The notes beneath the pieces are model-generated. The model did not search any database, was not told where the DNA came from, and saw only the letters and a list, made by a program, of their open reading frames with translations. A stretch of DNA of 64,000 nt, taken from the NCBI RefSeq assembly GCF_964355755.1, contig NC_092677.1, positions 20,730,101-20,794,100 of the forward strand, given 5' to 3'. Within the stretch, counting starts at the first letter, position 1. Each line of letters starts with the position of its first letter. Origin of the DNA: Antedon mediterranea. Lineage: Eukaryota > Animalia > Echinodermata. The translations under genes were made by a program, and so were the position numbers. Positions 27,701 through 42,800 of this stretch are shown here, in pieces.

Positions 27701-30700
27701 TTAGACCATTTTGTTCATTTCGATGAAACAAAAACACAAAAACATCAAATTGCACAAAATGGCTTAATATGATATGGGAAAACGTTTTAGACCATTTTGA
27801 ACATTTCGTTAAAAGTTTTCACACAAAAACATCAAAGTCCACAAAATAGCTTAATATCGTATTTAAAAACGTTTTAGACCATTTTGAGCATTTCGAAAAA
27901 ACTTTTTCACACAAAACATCAAAGTTTACAAAATAGCTTCAAATCGCATTTGGAGACGTTATAGACCATTTTGTGATTTTCGAAAAAACTTGTTAACATA
28001 AAAACACCAAAGTGCTCAGAATACCTTCAAATCGCATTTTGAGACGTTTTAGACCATTTTGTGATTTTCGAAAAAACTTGTTAACATAAAAACACCAAAG
28101 TGCTCAGAATACCTTCAAATCGTGTTTTGAGACGTTTTAGACCATTTTGTGATTTTCGAAAAAACTTAACATAAAAACACCAAAGTGCTCAGAATACCTT
28201 CAAATCGCATTTGGAGACGTTTTAGACCATTTTGTGATTTTCGAAAAAACTTGTTAACATAAAAACACCAAAGTGCTCAGAATACCTTCAAATCGTATTT
28301 TGAGACGTTTTAGACAATTTTGTGATTTTCGAAAAAACTTGTTAACATAAAAACACCAAAGTGCTTAGAAAAGCTTCAAATCGCATTTGGAGACGTTTTA
28401 GACCATTTTGTGCATTTCGATGAAACTTGGTTACACAAAAACATCAAAGTGCTTAAAATCACAGTAGAAACCGTTTTAGACCATTTTGAGCATTTCGTTA
28501 AAATTTTTCACAGAAAAACATCAAAGAGCAAAAATAAGCTTAATATCGTATTTAAAAACGTTTTAGACCATTTTGAGCATTTCGACAAAACTTTTTCACA
28601 CAAAACATCAAAGTGTACAGATAAGCTTCAAATCGCATTTGGAGACGTTTTAAACCATTTTGAGCATTTCGATAAAATTTTACACACAAAAACATCAAAG
28701 TGCACAAAATAGCTTAATATGGTATTTAAAAACGTTTTAGACCATTTTGAGCATTTCGAAAAAACTTTTCCACACAAAACATCAAAGTTTACAAAATAGC
28801 TTCAAATCGCATTTGGAGACGTTTTAGACCATTTTGTGATTTTCGAAAAAACTTGTTAACATAAAAACACCAAAGTGCTCAGAATACCTTCAAATCGTGT
28901 TTTGAGACGTTTTAGACCATTTTGTAATTTTCGAAAAAACTTGTTAACATAAAAACACCAAAGTGCTCAGAATACCTTCACATCGCATTTTGAGACGTTT
29001 TAGACCATTTTGTGATTTTCGAAAAAACTTGTTAACATAAAAACACCAAAGTGCTTAGAAAAGCTTCAAATCGCATTTGGAGACGTTTTAGACCATTTTG
29101 TTCATTTCGATGAAACTTGGTTACACAAAAACATCAAAGAGCACAAAAGATCTTAATATCGTATTTAAAAACGTTTTAGACCATTTTGAGCATTTCGAAA
29201 AAACTTTTTCACACAAAACATCAAAGTGTACAAAATAGCTTCAAATCGCATTTTGAGACGTTTTAGACAATTTTGTGATTTTCGAAAAAACTTGTTTACA
29301 TAAAAACACCAAAGTGCTTAGAAAAGCTTCAAATCGCATTTGGAGACGTTTTAAACCATTTTGTTCATTTCGATGAAACTTGGTTACACAAAAACATCAA
29401 AAAGCACAAAAGTATTTAAAAACGTTTTAGACCATTTTGAGCATTCCGTCAAAACTTTTTCACACAAAACATCAAAGTGTACAGAATAGCTTTAAATCGC
29501 ATTTGGAGACGTTTTAGACCATTTTGTAGTTTTCGAAAAAACTTGTTAACATAAAAACACAAAAGAGCTTCAAATCGCATTTGGAGACGTTTTAGACCCT
29601 TTTGTGCATTTCGATGAAACTTGGTTACACAAAAACATCAAAGTGCTTAAAATCACATTAGAAACCGTTTTAGACCATTTTGAGCATTTCGTTAAAACTT
29701 TTCACACAAAAACATCAAAGTCCACAAAATAGCTTAATATCGTATTTAAAAACGTTTTAGACCATTTTGAGCATTTCGAAAAAACTTGTTCACACAAAAC
29801 ATCAAAGTTTACAAAATAGCTTCAAATCGCATTTGGAGACGTTTTAGACCATTTTGTGATTTTCGAAAAAACTTGTTAACATAAAAACACCAAAGTGCTC
29901 AGAAAAGCTTCAAATCGCATTTGGAGACGTTTTAAACCATTTTGTTCATTTCGATGAAACTTGGTTACACAAAAACATCAAAGAGCACAAAAGTATTTAA
30001 AAACGTTTTAGACCATTTTGAGCATTCCGACAAAACTTTTTCACACAAAACATCAAAGTGTACAGAATAGCTTTAAATCGCATTTGGAGACGTTTTAACC
30101 CATTTTGAGCATTTCGATAAAATTTTACACACAAAAACATCAAAGTGCACAAAATAGCTTAATATGGTATTTAAAAACGTTTTAGACCATTTTGAGCATT
30201 TCAACAAAACTTTTTCTCACAAAACATCAAAGTGTACAGAATAGCTTCAAATCGCATTTGGAGACGTTTTAGACCATTTTGTGCATTTCGATGAAACTTG
30301 GTTACACAAAAACATCAAAGTGCTTAAAATCACATTTTGAGCATTTCGTTAAAACTTTTCACACAAAAACATCAAAGTCCACAAAATAGCTTAATATCGT
30401 ATTTAAAAACGTTTTAGACCATTTTGAGCATTTCGAAAAAACTTTTCCACACAAAACATCAAAGTTTACAAAATAGCTTCAAATCGCATTTGGAGACGTT
30501 TTAGACCATTTTGTGATTTTCGAAAAAACTTGTTAACATAAAAACACCAAAGTGCTCAGAATACCTTCAAATCGCATTTGGAGACGTTTTAGACCTTTTT
30601 GTGCATTTCGATGAAACTTGGTTACACAAAAACATCAAAGTGCTTAAAATCACATTAGAAACCGTTTTAGACCATTTTGAGCATTTCGTTAAAATTTTTC

Positions 30701-33700
30701 ACAGAAAAACATCAAAGAGCAAAAAATATCTTAATATCGTATTTAAAAACGTTTTAGACCATTTTGAGCATTTCGACAAAACTTTTTCACACAAAACATC
30801 AAAGTGTACAAAATAGCTTCAAATCGCATTTGGAGACGTTTTAACCCATTTTGAGCATTTCGATAAAATATTACACACAAAAACATCAAAGTGCACAAAA
30901 TAGCTTAATATGGTATTTAAAAACGTTTTAGACCATTTTGAGCATTTCAACAAAACTTTTTCTCACAAAACATCAAAGTGTACAGAATAGCTTCAAATCG
31001 CATTTGGAGACGTTTTAGACCATTTTGTGCATTTCGATGAAACTTGGTTACACAAAAACATCAAAGTGCTTAAAATCACATTTTGAGCATTTCGTTAAAA
31101 CTTTTCACACAAAAACATCAAAGTCCACAAAATAGCTTAATATCGTATTTAAAAACGTTTTAGACCATTTTGAGCATTTCGAAAAAACTTTTCCACACAA
31201 AACATCAAAGTTTACAAAATAGCTTCAAATCGCATTTGGAGACGTTTTAGACCATTTTGTGATTTTCGAAAAAACTTGTTAACATAAAAACACCAAAGTG
31301 CTTAGAAAAGCTGCAAATCGCATTTGGAGACATTTTAGACCATTTTGTTCATTTCGATGAAACTTGGTTACACAAAAACATCAAAGAGCACAAAAGATCT
31401 TAATATCGTATTTAAAAACGTTTTAGACCATTTTGAGCATTTCGAAAAAACTTTTTCACACAAAACATCAAAGTGTACAAAAAATCTTCAAATCGCATTT
31501 GGAGACGTTTTAGACCATTTTGTAATTTTCGAAAAAACTTGTTAACATAAAAACACCAAAGTGCTCAGAAAAGCTTCAAATCGCAATTGGAGACGTTTTA
31601 AACCATTTTGTTCATTTCGATGAAACTTGGTTACACAAAAACATCAAATTGCACAAAATGGCTTAATATGGTATGGGAAAACGTTTTAGACCATTTTGAA
31701 CATTTCGAGAAAACTTTTTCACACAAAACTTCAAAGTGTACAGAATAGCTTCAAATCGCATTAGAAACCGTTTTAGACCATTTTGAGCATTTCGAAAAAA
31801 ACTTTTTCACACAAAACATCAAAGTTTACAAAATAGCTTCAAATCGCATTTGGAGACGTTTTAGACCATTTTGTGATTTTCGAAAAAACTTGTTAACATA
31901 AAAACACCAAAGTGCTCAGAATACCTTCAAATCGCATTTTGAGACGTTTTAGACCATTTTGTGATTTTCGAAAAAACTTGTTAACATAAAAATACCAAAG
32001 TGCTCAGAATACCTTCAAATCGTGTTTTGAGACGTTTTAGACCATTTTGTGATTTTCGAAAAAACTTGTTAACATAAAAACACCAAAGTGCTCAGAATAC
32101 CTTCAAATCGCATTTGGAGACGTTTTAGACCATTTTGTGATTTTCGAAAAAACTTGTTAACATAAAAACACCAAAGTGCTCAGAAAAGCTTCAAATCGCA
32201 TTTGGAGACGTTTTAAACCATTTTGTTCATTTCGATGAAACTTGGTTACACAAAAACATCAAAGAGCACAAAAGTATTTAAAAACGTTTTAGACCATTTT
32301 GAGCATTCCGACAAAACTTTTTCACACAAAACATCAAAGTGTACAGAATAGCTTTAAATCGCATTTGGAGACGTTTTAGACCATTTTGTAGTTTTCGAAA
32401 AAACTTGTTAACATAAAAACACAAAAGAGCTTCAAATCGCATTTGGAGACGTTTTAGACCCTTTTGTGCATTTCGATGAAACTTGGTTACACAAAAACAT
32501 CAAAGTTCTTAAAATCACATTAGAAACCGTTTTAGACCATTTTGAGCATTTCGTTAAAACTTTTCACACAAAAACATCAAAGTCCACAAAATAGCTTAAT
32601 ATCGTATTCAAAAACGTTTTAGACCATTTTGAGCATTTCGAAAAAACTTTTTCACACAAAACATCAAAGTTTACAAAATAGCTTCAAATCGCATTTGGAG
32701 ACGTTTTAGACCATTTTGTGATTTTCGAAAAAACTTGTTAACATAAAAACACCAAAGTGCTCAGAATACCTTCAAATCGCATTTTGAGACGTTTTAGACC
32801 ATTTTGTGATTTTCAAAAAAACAACATAAAAACACCAAAGTGCTCAGAATACCTTCAAATCGCATTTGGAGACGTTTTAGACCATTTTGTGATTTTGGAA
32901 AAAACTTGTTAACATAAAAACACCAAAGTGCTCAGAATACCTTCAAATCGTATTTTGAGACGTTTTAGACAATTTTGTGATTTTCGAAAAAACTTGTTAA
33001 CATAAAAACACCAAAGTGCTTAGAAAAGCTTCAAATCGCATTTGGAGACGTTTTAGACCATTTTGTGCATTTCGATGAAACTTGGTTACACAAAAACATC
33101 AAAGTGCTTAAAATCACATTTTGAGCATTTCGTTAAAACTTTTCACACAAAAACATCAAAGAGTAAAAAATAGCTTAATATCGTATTTAAAAACGTTTTA
33201 GACCATTTTGAGCATTTCGACAAAATTTTTTCACACAAAACATCAAAGTGTACAGAATAGCTTTAAATCGCATTTGGAGACGTTTTAGACCATTTTGTTC
33301 ATTTCGATGAAACAAAAACACAAAAACATCAAATTGCACAAAATGGCTTAATATGATATGGGAAAACGTTTTAGACCATTTTGAACATTTCGTTAAAAGT
33401 TTTCACAAAAAAACATCAAAGTCCACAAAATAGCTTAATATCGTATTTAAAAACGTTTTAGACCATTTTGAGCATTTCGAAAAAACTTTTTCACACAAAA
33501 CATCAAAGTTTACAAAATAGCTTCAAATCGCATTTGGAGACATTTTAGACCATTTTGTGATTTTCGAAAAAACTTGTTAACATAAAAACACCAAAGTGCT
33601 CAGAATACCTTCAAATCGCATTTTGAGACGTTTTAGACCATTTTGTGATTTTCGAAAAAACTTGTTAACATAAAAACACCAAAGTGCTCAGAATACCTTC

Positions 33701-35459
33701 AAATCGTGTTTTGAGACGTTTTAGACCATTTTGTGATTTTGGAAAAACTTGTTAACATAAAAACACCAAAGTGCTCAGAATACCTTCAAATCGCATTTGG
33801 AGACGTTTTAGACCATTTTGTGATTTTCGAAAAAACTTGTTAACATAAAAACACCAAAGTGCTCAGAAAAGCTTCAAATCGCAATTGGAGACGTTTTAAA
33901 CCATTTTGTTCATTTCGATGAAACTTGGTTACACAAAAACATCAAATTGCACAAAATGGCTTAATATGGTATGGGAAAACGTTTTAGACCATTTTGAACA
34001 TTTCGAGAAAACTTTTTCACACAAAACTTCAAAGTGTACAGAATAGCTTCAAATCGCATTAGAAACCGTTTTAGACCATTTTGAGCATTTCGAAAAAAAC
34101 TTTTTCACACAAAACATCAAAGTTTACAAAATAGCTTCAAATCGCATTTGGAGACGTTTTAGACCATTTTGTGATTTTCGAAAAAACTTGTTAACATAAA
34201 AACACCAAAGTGCTCAGAATACCTTCAAATCGCATTTTGAGACGTTTTAGACCATTTTGTGATTTTCGAAAAAAACTTGTTAACATAAAAATACCAAAGT
34301 GCTCAGAATACCTTCAAATCGTGTTTTGAGACGTTTTAGACCATTTTGTGATTTTCGAAAAAACTTGTTAACATAAAAACACCAAAGTGCTCAGAATACC
34401 TTCAAAGCGCATTTGGAGACGTTTTAGACCATTTTGTGATTTTCGAAAAAACTTGTTAACATAAAAACACCAAAGTGCTCAGAATACCTTCAAATCGCAT
34501 TTGGAGACGTTTTAGACCATTTTGTGATTTTCGAAAAAACTTGTTAACATAAAAACACCAAAGTGCTCAGAAAAGCTTCAAATCGCATTTGGAGACGTTT
34601 TAGACCATTTTGTGATTTTCGAAAAAACTTGTTAACATAAAAACACCAAAGTGCTCAGAATACCTTCAAATCGCATTTGGAGACGTTTTAGACCATTTTG
34701 TGATTTTCGAAAAAACTTGTTAACATAAAAACACCAAAGTGCTCAGAAAAGCTTCAAATCGCAATTGGAGACGTTTTAAACCATTTTGTTCATTTCGATG
34801 AAACTTGGTTACACAAAAACATCAAATTGCACAAAATGGCTTAATATGGTATGGGAAAACGTTTTAGACCATTTTGAACATTTCGAGAAAACTTTTTCAC
34901 ACAAAACTTCAAAGTGTACAGAATAGCTTCAAATCGCATTAGAAACCGTTTTAGACCATTTTGAGCATTTCGAAAAAAACTTTTTCACACAAAACATCAA
35001 AGTTTACAAAATAGCTTCAAATCGCATTTGGAGACGTTTTAGACCATTTTGTGATTTTCGAAAAAACTTGTTAACATAAAAACACCAAAGTGCTTAGAAA
35101 AGCTTCAAATCGCATTTGGAGACGTTTTAGACCATTTTGTGCATTTCGATGAAACTTGGTTACACAAAAACATCAAAGTGCACAAAAGTATTTAAAAACG
35201 TTTTAGACCATTTTGAGCATTCCGACAAAACTTTTACACACAAAAACATCAAAGTGCACAAAATAGCTTAATATGGTATTTAAAAACGTTTTAGACCATT
35301 TTGAGCATTTCAACAAAACTTTTTCTCACAAAACATCAAAGTCCACAAAATAGCTTAATATCGTATTTAAAAACGTTTTAGACCATTTTGAGCATTTCGA
35401 AAAAACTTTTCCACACAAAACATCAAAGTTTACAAAATAGCTTCAAATCGCATTTGGAG

Positions 35460-38400
35460 ACGTTTTAGACCATTTTGTGATTTTCGAAAAAACTTGTTAA
35501 CATAAAACACCAAAGTGCTTAGAAAAGCTTCAAATCGCATTTGGAGACGTTTTAAACCATTTTGTTCATTTCGATGAAACTTGGTTACACAAAAACATCA
35601 AAGAGCACAAAAGTATTTAAAAACGTTTTAGACCATTTTGAGCATTCCGACAAAACTTTTTCACACAAAACATCAAAGTGTACAGAATAGCTTTAAATCG
35701 CATTTGGAGACGTTTTAGACCATTTTGTAGTTTTCGAAAAAACTTGTTAACATAAAAACACAAAAGAGCTTCAAATCGCATTTGGAGACGTTTTAGACCC
35801 TTTTGTGCATTTCGATGAAACTTGGTTACACAAAAACATCAAAGTGCTTAAAATCACATTAGAAACCGTTTTAGACCATTTTGAGCATTTCGTTAAAACT
35901 TTTCACACAAAAACATCAAAGTCCACAAAATAGCTTAATATCGTATTTAAAAACGTTTTAGACCATTTTGAGCATTTCGAAAAAAACTTTTCCACACAAA
36001 ACATCAAAGTTTACAAAATAGCTTCAAATCGCATTTGGAGACGTTTTAGACCATTTTGTGATTTTCGAAAAAACTTGTTAACATAAAAACACCAAAGTGC
36101 TCAGAATACCTTCAAATCGTATTTTGAGACGTTTTAGACAATTTTGTGATTTTCGAAAAAACTTGTTAACATAAAAACACCAAAGTGCTTAGAAAAGCTT
36201 CAAATCGCATTTGGAGACGTTTTAGACCATTTTGTGCATTTCGATGAAACTTGGTTACACAAAAACATCAAAGTGCTTAAAATCACATTTTGAGCATTTC
36301 GTTAAAACTTTTCACACAAAAACATCAAAGAGCAAAAAATAGCTTAATATCGTATTTAAAAACGTTTTAGACCATTTTGAGCATTTCGACAAAACTTTTT
36401 CACACAAAACATCAAAGTGTACAAAATAGCTTCAAATCGCATTTGGAGACGTTTTAGACAATTTTGTGATTTTCGAAAAAACTTGTTTACATAAAAACAC
36501 CAAAGTGCTAAGAATAGCTTCCAATCGCATTTGGAGACGTTTTAGACCCTTTTGTGCATTTCGATGAAACTTGGTTACACAAAAACATCAAAGTGCTTAA
36601 AATCACATTAGAAACCGTTTTAGAACATTTTGAGCATTTCGTTAAAACTTTTCACACAAAAACATCAAAGTCCACAAAATAGCTTAATATCGTATTTAAA
36701 ACGTTTTAGACCATTTTGAGCATTTCGAAAAAACTTTTCCACACAAAACATCAAAGTTTACAAAATAGCTTCAAATCGCATTTGGAGACGTTTTAGACCA
36801 TTTTGTGATTTTCGTAAAAACTTGTTAACATAAAAACACCAAAGTGCTTAGAAAAGCTTCAAATCACATTTGGAGACGTTTTAGACCATTTTGTGCATTT
36901 CGATGAAACTTGGTTACACAAAAACATCAAAGTGCTTAAAATCACATTTTGAGCATTTCGTTAAAACTTTTCACACAAAAACATCAAAGAGTAAAAAATA
37001 GCTTAATATCGTATTTAAAAACGTTTTAGACCATTTTGAGCATTTCGACAAAATTTTTTCACACAAAACATCAAAGTGTACAGAATAGCTTTAAATCGCA
37101 TTTGGAGACGTTTTAGACCATTTTGTTCATTTCGATGAAACAAAAACACAAAAACATCAAATTGCACAAAATGGCTTAATATGATATGGGAAAACGTTTT
37201 AGACCATTTTGAACATTTCGTTAAAAGTTTTCACAAAAAAACATCAAAGTCCACAAAATAGCTTAATATCGTATTTAAAAACGTTTTAGACCATTTTGAG
37301 CATTTCGAAAAAACTTTTTCACACAAAACATCAAAGTTTACAAAATAGCTTCAAATCGCATTTGGAGACATTTTAGACCATTTTGTGATTTTCGAAAAAA
37401 CTTGTTAACATAAAAACACCAAAGTGCTCAGAATACCTTCAAATCGCATTTTGAGACGTTTTAGACCATTTTGTGATTTTCGAAAAAACTTGTTAACATA
37501 AAAACACCAAAGTGCTCAGAATACCTTCAAATCGTGTTTTGAGACGTTTTAGACCATTTTGTGATTTTGGAAAAACTTGTTAACATAAAAACACCAAAGT
37601 GCTCAGAATACCTTCAAATCGCATTTGGAGACGTTTTAGACCATTTTGTGATTTTCGAAAAAACTTGTTAACATAAAACACCAAAGTGCTTAGAAAAGCT
37701 TCAAATCGCATTTGGAGACGTTTTAAACCATTTTGTTCATTTCGATGAAACTTGGTTACACAAAAACATCAAAGAGCACAAAAGTATTTAAAAACGTTTT
37801 AGACCATTTTGAGCATTCCGACAAAACTTTTTCACACAAAACATCAAAGTGTACAGAATAGCTTTAAATCGCATTTGGAGACGTTTTAGACCATTTTGTA
37901 GTTTTCGAAAAAACTTGTTAACATAAAAACACAAAAGAGCTTCAAATCGCATTTGGAGACGTTTTAGACCCTTTTGTGCATTTCGATGAAACTTGGTTAC
38001 ACAAAAACATCAAAGTGCTTAAAATCACATTAGAAACCGTTTTAGACCATTTTGAGCATTTCGTTAAAACTTTTCACACAAAAACATCAAAGTCCACAAA
38101 ATAGCTTAATATCGTATTTAAAAACGTTTTAGACCATTTTGAGCATTTCGAAAAAAACTTTTCCACACAAAACATCAAAGTTTACAAAATAGCTTCAAAT
38201 CGCATTTGGAGACGTTTTAGACCATTTTGTGATTTTCGAAAAAACTTGTTAACATAAAAACACCAAAGTGCTCAGAATACCTTCAAATCGTATTTTGAGA
38301 CGTTTTAGACAATTTTGTGATTTTCGAAAAAACTTGTTAACATAAAAACACCAAAGTGCTTAGAAAAGCTTCAAATCGCATTTGGAGACGTTTTAGACCA

Positions 38401-39840
38401 TTTTGTGCATTTCGATGAAACTTGGTTACACAAAAACATCAAAGTGCTTAAAATCACATTTTGAGCATTTCGTTAAAACTTTTCACACAAAAACATCAAA
38501 GAGCAAAAAATAGCTTAATATCGTATTTAAAAACGTTTTAGACCATTTTGAGCATTTCGACAAAACTTTTTCACACAAAACATCAAAGTGTACAAAATAG
38601 CTTCAAATCGCATTTGGAGACGTTTTAGACAATTTTGTGATTTTCGAAAAAACTTGTTTACATAAAAACACCAAAGTGCTAAGAATAGCTTCCAATCGCA
38701 TTTGGAGACGTTTTAGACCCTTTTGTGCATTTCGATGAAACTTGGTTACACAAAAACATCAAAGTGCTTAAAATCACATTAGAAACCGTTTTAGAACATT
38801 TTGAGCATTTCGTTAAAACTTTTCACACAAAAACATCAAAGTCCACAAAATAGCTTAATATCGTATTTAAAAACGTTTTAGACCATTTTGAGCATTTCGA
38901 AAAAACTTTTCCACACAAAACATCAAAGTTTACAAAATAGCTTCAAATCGCATTTGGAGACGTTTTAGACCATTTTGTGATTTTCGTAAAAACTTGTTAA
39001 CATAAAAACACCAAAGTGCTTAGAAAAGCTTCAAATCACATTTGGAGACGTTTTAGACCATTTTGTGCATTTCGATGAAACTTGGTTACACAAAAACATC
39101 AAAGTGCTTAAAATCACATTTTGAGCATTTCGTTAAAACTTTTCACACAAAAACATCAAAGAGTAAAAAATAGCTTAATATCGTATTTAAAAACGTTTTA
39201 GACCATTTTGAGCATTTCGACAAAAATTTTTCACACAAAACATCAAAGTGTACAGAATAGCTTTAAATCGCATTTGGAGACGTTTTAGACCATTTTGTTC
39301 ATTTCGATGAAACAAAAACACAAAAACATCAAATTGCACAAAATGGCTTAATATGATATGGGAAAACGTTTTAGACCATTTTGAACATTTCGTTAAAAGT
39401 TTTCACAAAAAAACATCAAAGTCCACAAAATAGCTTAATATCGTATTTAAAAACGTTTTAGACCATTTTGAGCATTTCGAAAAAACTTTTTCACACAAAA
39501 CATCAAAGTTTACAAAATAGCTTCAAATCGCATTTGGAGACATTTTAGACCATTTTGTGATTTTCGAAAAAACTTGTTAACATAAAAACACCAAAGTGCT
39601 CAGAATACCTTCAAATCGCATTTTGAGACGTTTTAGACCATTTTGTGATTTTCGAAAAAACTTGTTAACATAAAAACACCAAAGTGCTCAGAATACCTTC
39701 AAATCGTGTTTTGAGACGTTTTAGACCATTTTGTGATTTTGGAAAAACTTGTTAACATAAAAACACCAAAGTGCTCAGAATACCTTCAAATCGCATTTGG
39801 AGACGTTTTAGACCATTTTGTGATTTTCGAAAAAACTTGT
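35460..39840 (+). repeat. Tandem duplication, period 2171/2172 bp
   Basis: Shared 1-bp indels CATAAAACAC (35501/37672) and CGAAAAAAAC (35978/38149); AAATCACATTTGG at 36861 and 39033. Confidence 0.88.
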
Positions 39841-42800
39841 TAACATAAAAACACCAAAGTGCTCAGAAAAGCTTCAAATCGCAATTGGAGACGTTTTAAA
39901 CCATTTTGTTCATTTCGATGAAACTTGGTTACACAAAAACATCAAATTGCACAAAATGGCTTAATATGGTATGGGAAAACGTTTTAGACCATTTTGAACA
40001 TTTCGAGAAAACTTTTTCACACAAAACTTCAAAGTGTACAGAATAGCTTCAAATCGCATTAGAAACCGTTTTAGACCATTTTGAGCATTTCGAAAAAACT
40101 TTTTCACACAAAACATCAAAGTTTACAAAATAGCTTCAAATCGCATTTGGAGACGTTTTAGACCATTTTGTGATTTTCGAAAAAACTTGTTAACATAAAA
40201 ACACCAAAGTGCTCAGAATACCTTCAAATCGCATTTTGAGACGTTTTAGACCATTTTGTGATTTTCGAAAAAACTTGTTAACATAAAAATACCAAAGTGC
40301 TCAGAATACCTTCAAATCGTGTTTTGAGACGTTTTAGACCATTTTGTGATTTTCGAAAAAACTTGTTAACATAAAAACACCAAAGTGCTCAGAATACCTT
40401 CAAATCGCATTTGGAGACGTTTTAGACCATTTTGTGATTTTCGAAAAAACTTATTAACATAAAAACACCAAAGTGCTCAGAAAAGCTTCAAATCGCATTT
40501 GGAGACGTTTTAAACCATTTTGTTCATTTCGATGAAACTTGGTTACACAAAAACATCAAAGAGCACAAAAGTATTTAAAAACGTTTTAGACCATTTTGAG
40601 CATTCCGACAAAACTTTTTCACACAAAACATCAAAGTGTACAGAATAGCTTTAAATCGCATTTGGAGACGTTTTAGACCATTTTGTAGTTTTCGAAAAAA
40701 CTTGTTAACATAAAAACACAAAAGAGCTTCAAATCGCATTTGGAGACGTTTTAGACCCTTTTGTGCATTTCGATGAAACTTGGTTACACAAAAACATCAA
40801 AGTGCTTAAAATCACATTAGAAACCGTTTTAGATCATTTTGAGCATTTCGTTAAAACTTTTCACACAAAAACATCAAAGTCCACAAAATAGCTTAATATC
40901 GTATTCAAAAACGTTTTAGACCATTTTGAGCATTTCGAAAAAACTTTTTCACACAAAACATCAAAGTTTACAAAATAGCTTCAAATCGCAGTTGGAGACG
41001 TTTTAGACCATTTTGTGATTTTCGAAAAAACTTGTTAACATAAAAACACCAAAGTGCTCAGAATACCTTCAAATCGCATTTTGAGACGTTTTAGACCATT
41101 TTGTGATTTTCGAAAAAACAACATAAAAACACCAAAGTGCTCAGAATACCTTCAAATCGCATTTGGAGACGTTTTAGACCATTTTGTGATTTTGGAAAAA
41201 ACTTGTTAACATAAAAACACCAAAGTGCTCAGAATACCTTCAAATCGTATTTTGAGACGTTTTAGACAATTTTGTGATTTTCGAAAAAACTTGTTAACAT
41301 AAAAACACCAAAGTGCTTAGAAAAGCTTCAAATCGCATTTGGAGACGTTTTAGACCATTTTGTGCATTTCGATGAAACTTGGTTACACAAAAACATCAAA
41401 GTGTACAGAATAGCTTCAAATCGCATTAGAAACCGTTTTAGACCATTTTGAGCATTTCGAAAAAACTTTTTCACACAAAACATCAAAGTGTACAAAATAG
41501 CTTCAAATCGCATTTGGAGACGTTTTAGACAATTTTGTGATTTTCGAAAAAACTTGTTTACATAAAAACACCAAAGTGCTAAGAATAGCTTCCAATCGCA
41601 TTTGGAGACGTTTTAGACCCTTTTGTGCATTTCGATGAAACTTGGTTACACAAAAACATCAAAGTGCTTAAAATCACATTAGAAACCGTTTTAGACCATT
41701 TTGAGCATTTCGTTACAATTTTTCACAGAAAAACATCAAAGAGCAAAAAATAGCTTAATATCGTATTTAAAAACGTTTTAGACCATTTTGAGCATTTCGA
41801 CAAAACTTTTTCACACAAAACATCAAAGTGTACAGAATAGCTTAATATCGCATTTGGAGACGTTTTAACCCATTTTGAGCATTTCGATAAAATTTTACAC
41901 ACAAAAACATCAAAGTGCACAAAATAGCTTAATATGGTATTTAAAAACGTTTTAGAACATTTTGAGCATTTCAACAAAACTTTTTCTCACAAAACATCAA
42001 AGTGTACAGAATAGCTTCAAATCGCATTTGGAGACGTTTTAGACCATTTTGTGCATTTCGATGAAACTTGGTTACACAAAAACATCAAAGTGCTTAAAAT
42101 CACATTTTGAGCATTTCGTTAAAACTTTTCACACAAAAACATCAAAGTCCACAAAATAGCTTAATATCGTATTTAAAAACGTTTTAGACCATTTTGAGCA
42201 TTTCGAAAAAACTTTTCCACACAAAACATCAAAGTTTACAAAATAGCTTCAAATCGCATTTGGAGACGTTTTAGACCATTTTGTGATTTTCGAAAAAACT
42301 TGTTAACATAAAAACACCAAAGTGCTCAGAATACCTTCAAATCGTGTTTTGAGACGTTTTAGACCATTTTGTAATTTTCGAAAAAACTTGTTAACATAAA
42401 AACACCAAAGTGCTCAGAATACCTTCACATCGCATTTTGAGACGTTTTAGACCATTTTGTGATTTTCGAAAAAACTTGTTAACATAAAAACACCAAAGTG
42501 CTTAGAAAAGCTTGAAATCGCATTTGGAGACGTTTTAGACCATTTTGTGCATTTCGATGAAACTTGGTTAAAGTGCTTAAAATCACATTTTGAGCATTTC
42601 GTTAAAACTTTTCACACAAAAACATCAAAGAGTAAAAAATAGCTTAATATCGTATTTAAAAACGTTTTAGACCATTTTGAGCATTTCGACAAAATTTTTT
42701 CACACAAAACATCAAAGTGTACAGAATAGCTTTAAATCGCATTTGGAGACGTTTTAGACCATTTTGTTCATTTCGATGAAACAAAAACACAAAAACATCA

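Noticed and set aside
33000-40380. Blocks 33000-34380 and 39000-40380 repeat at an offset of exactly 6000 bp, which suggests an artefact
   Set aside because: The copies differ at several sites (e.g. 33227/39227 and A-run lengths near 34095 and 34270), and the block also occurs at other offsets, so the round number is most likely coincidence.
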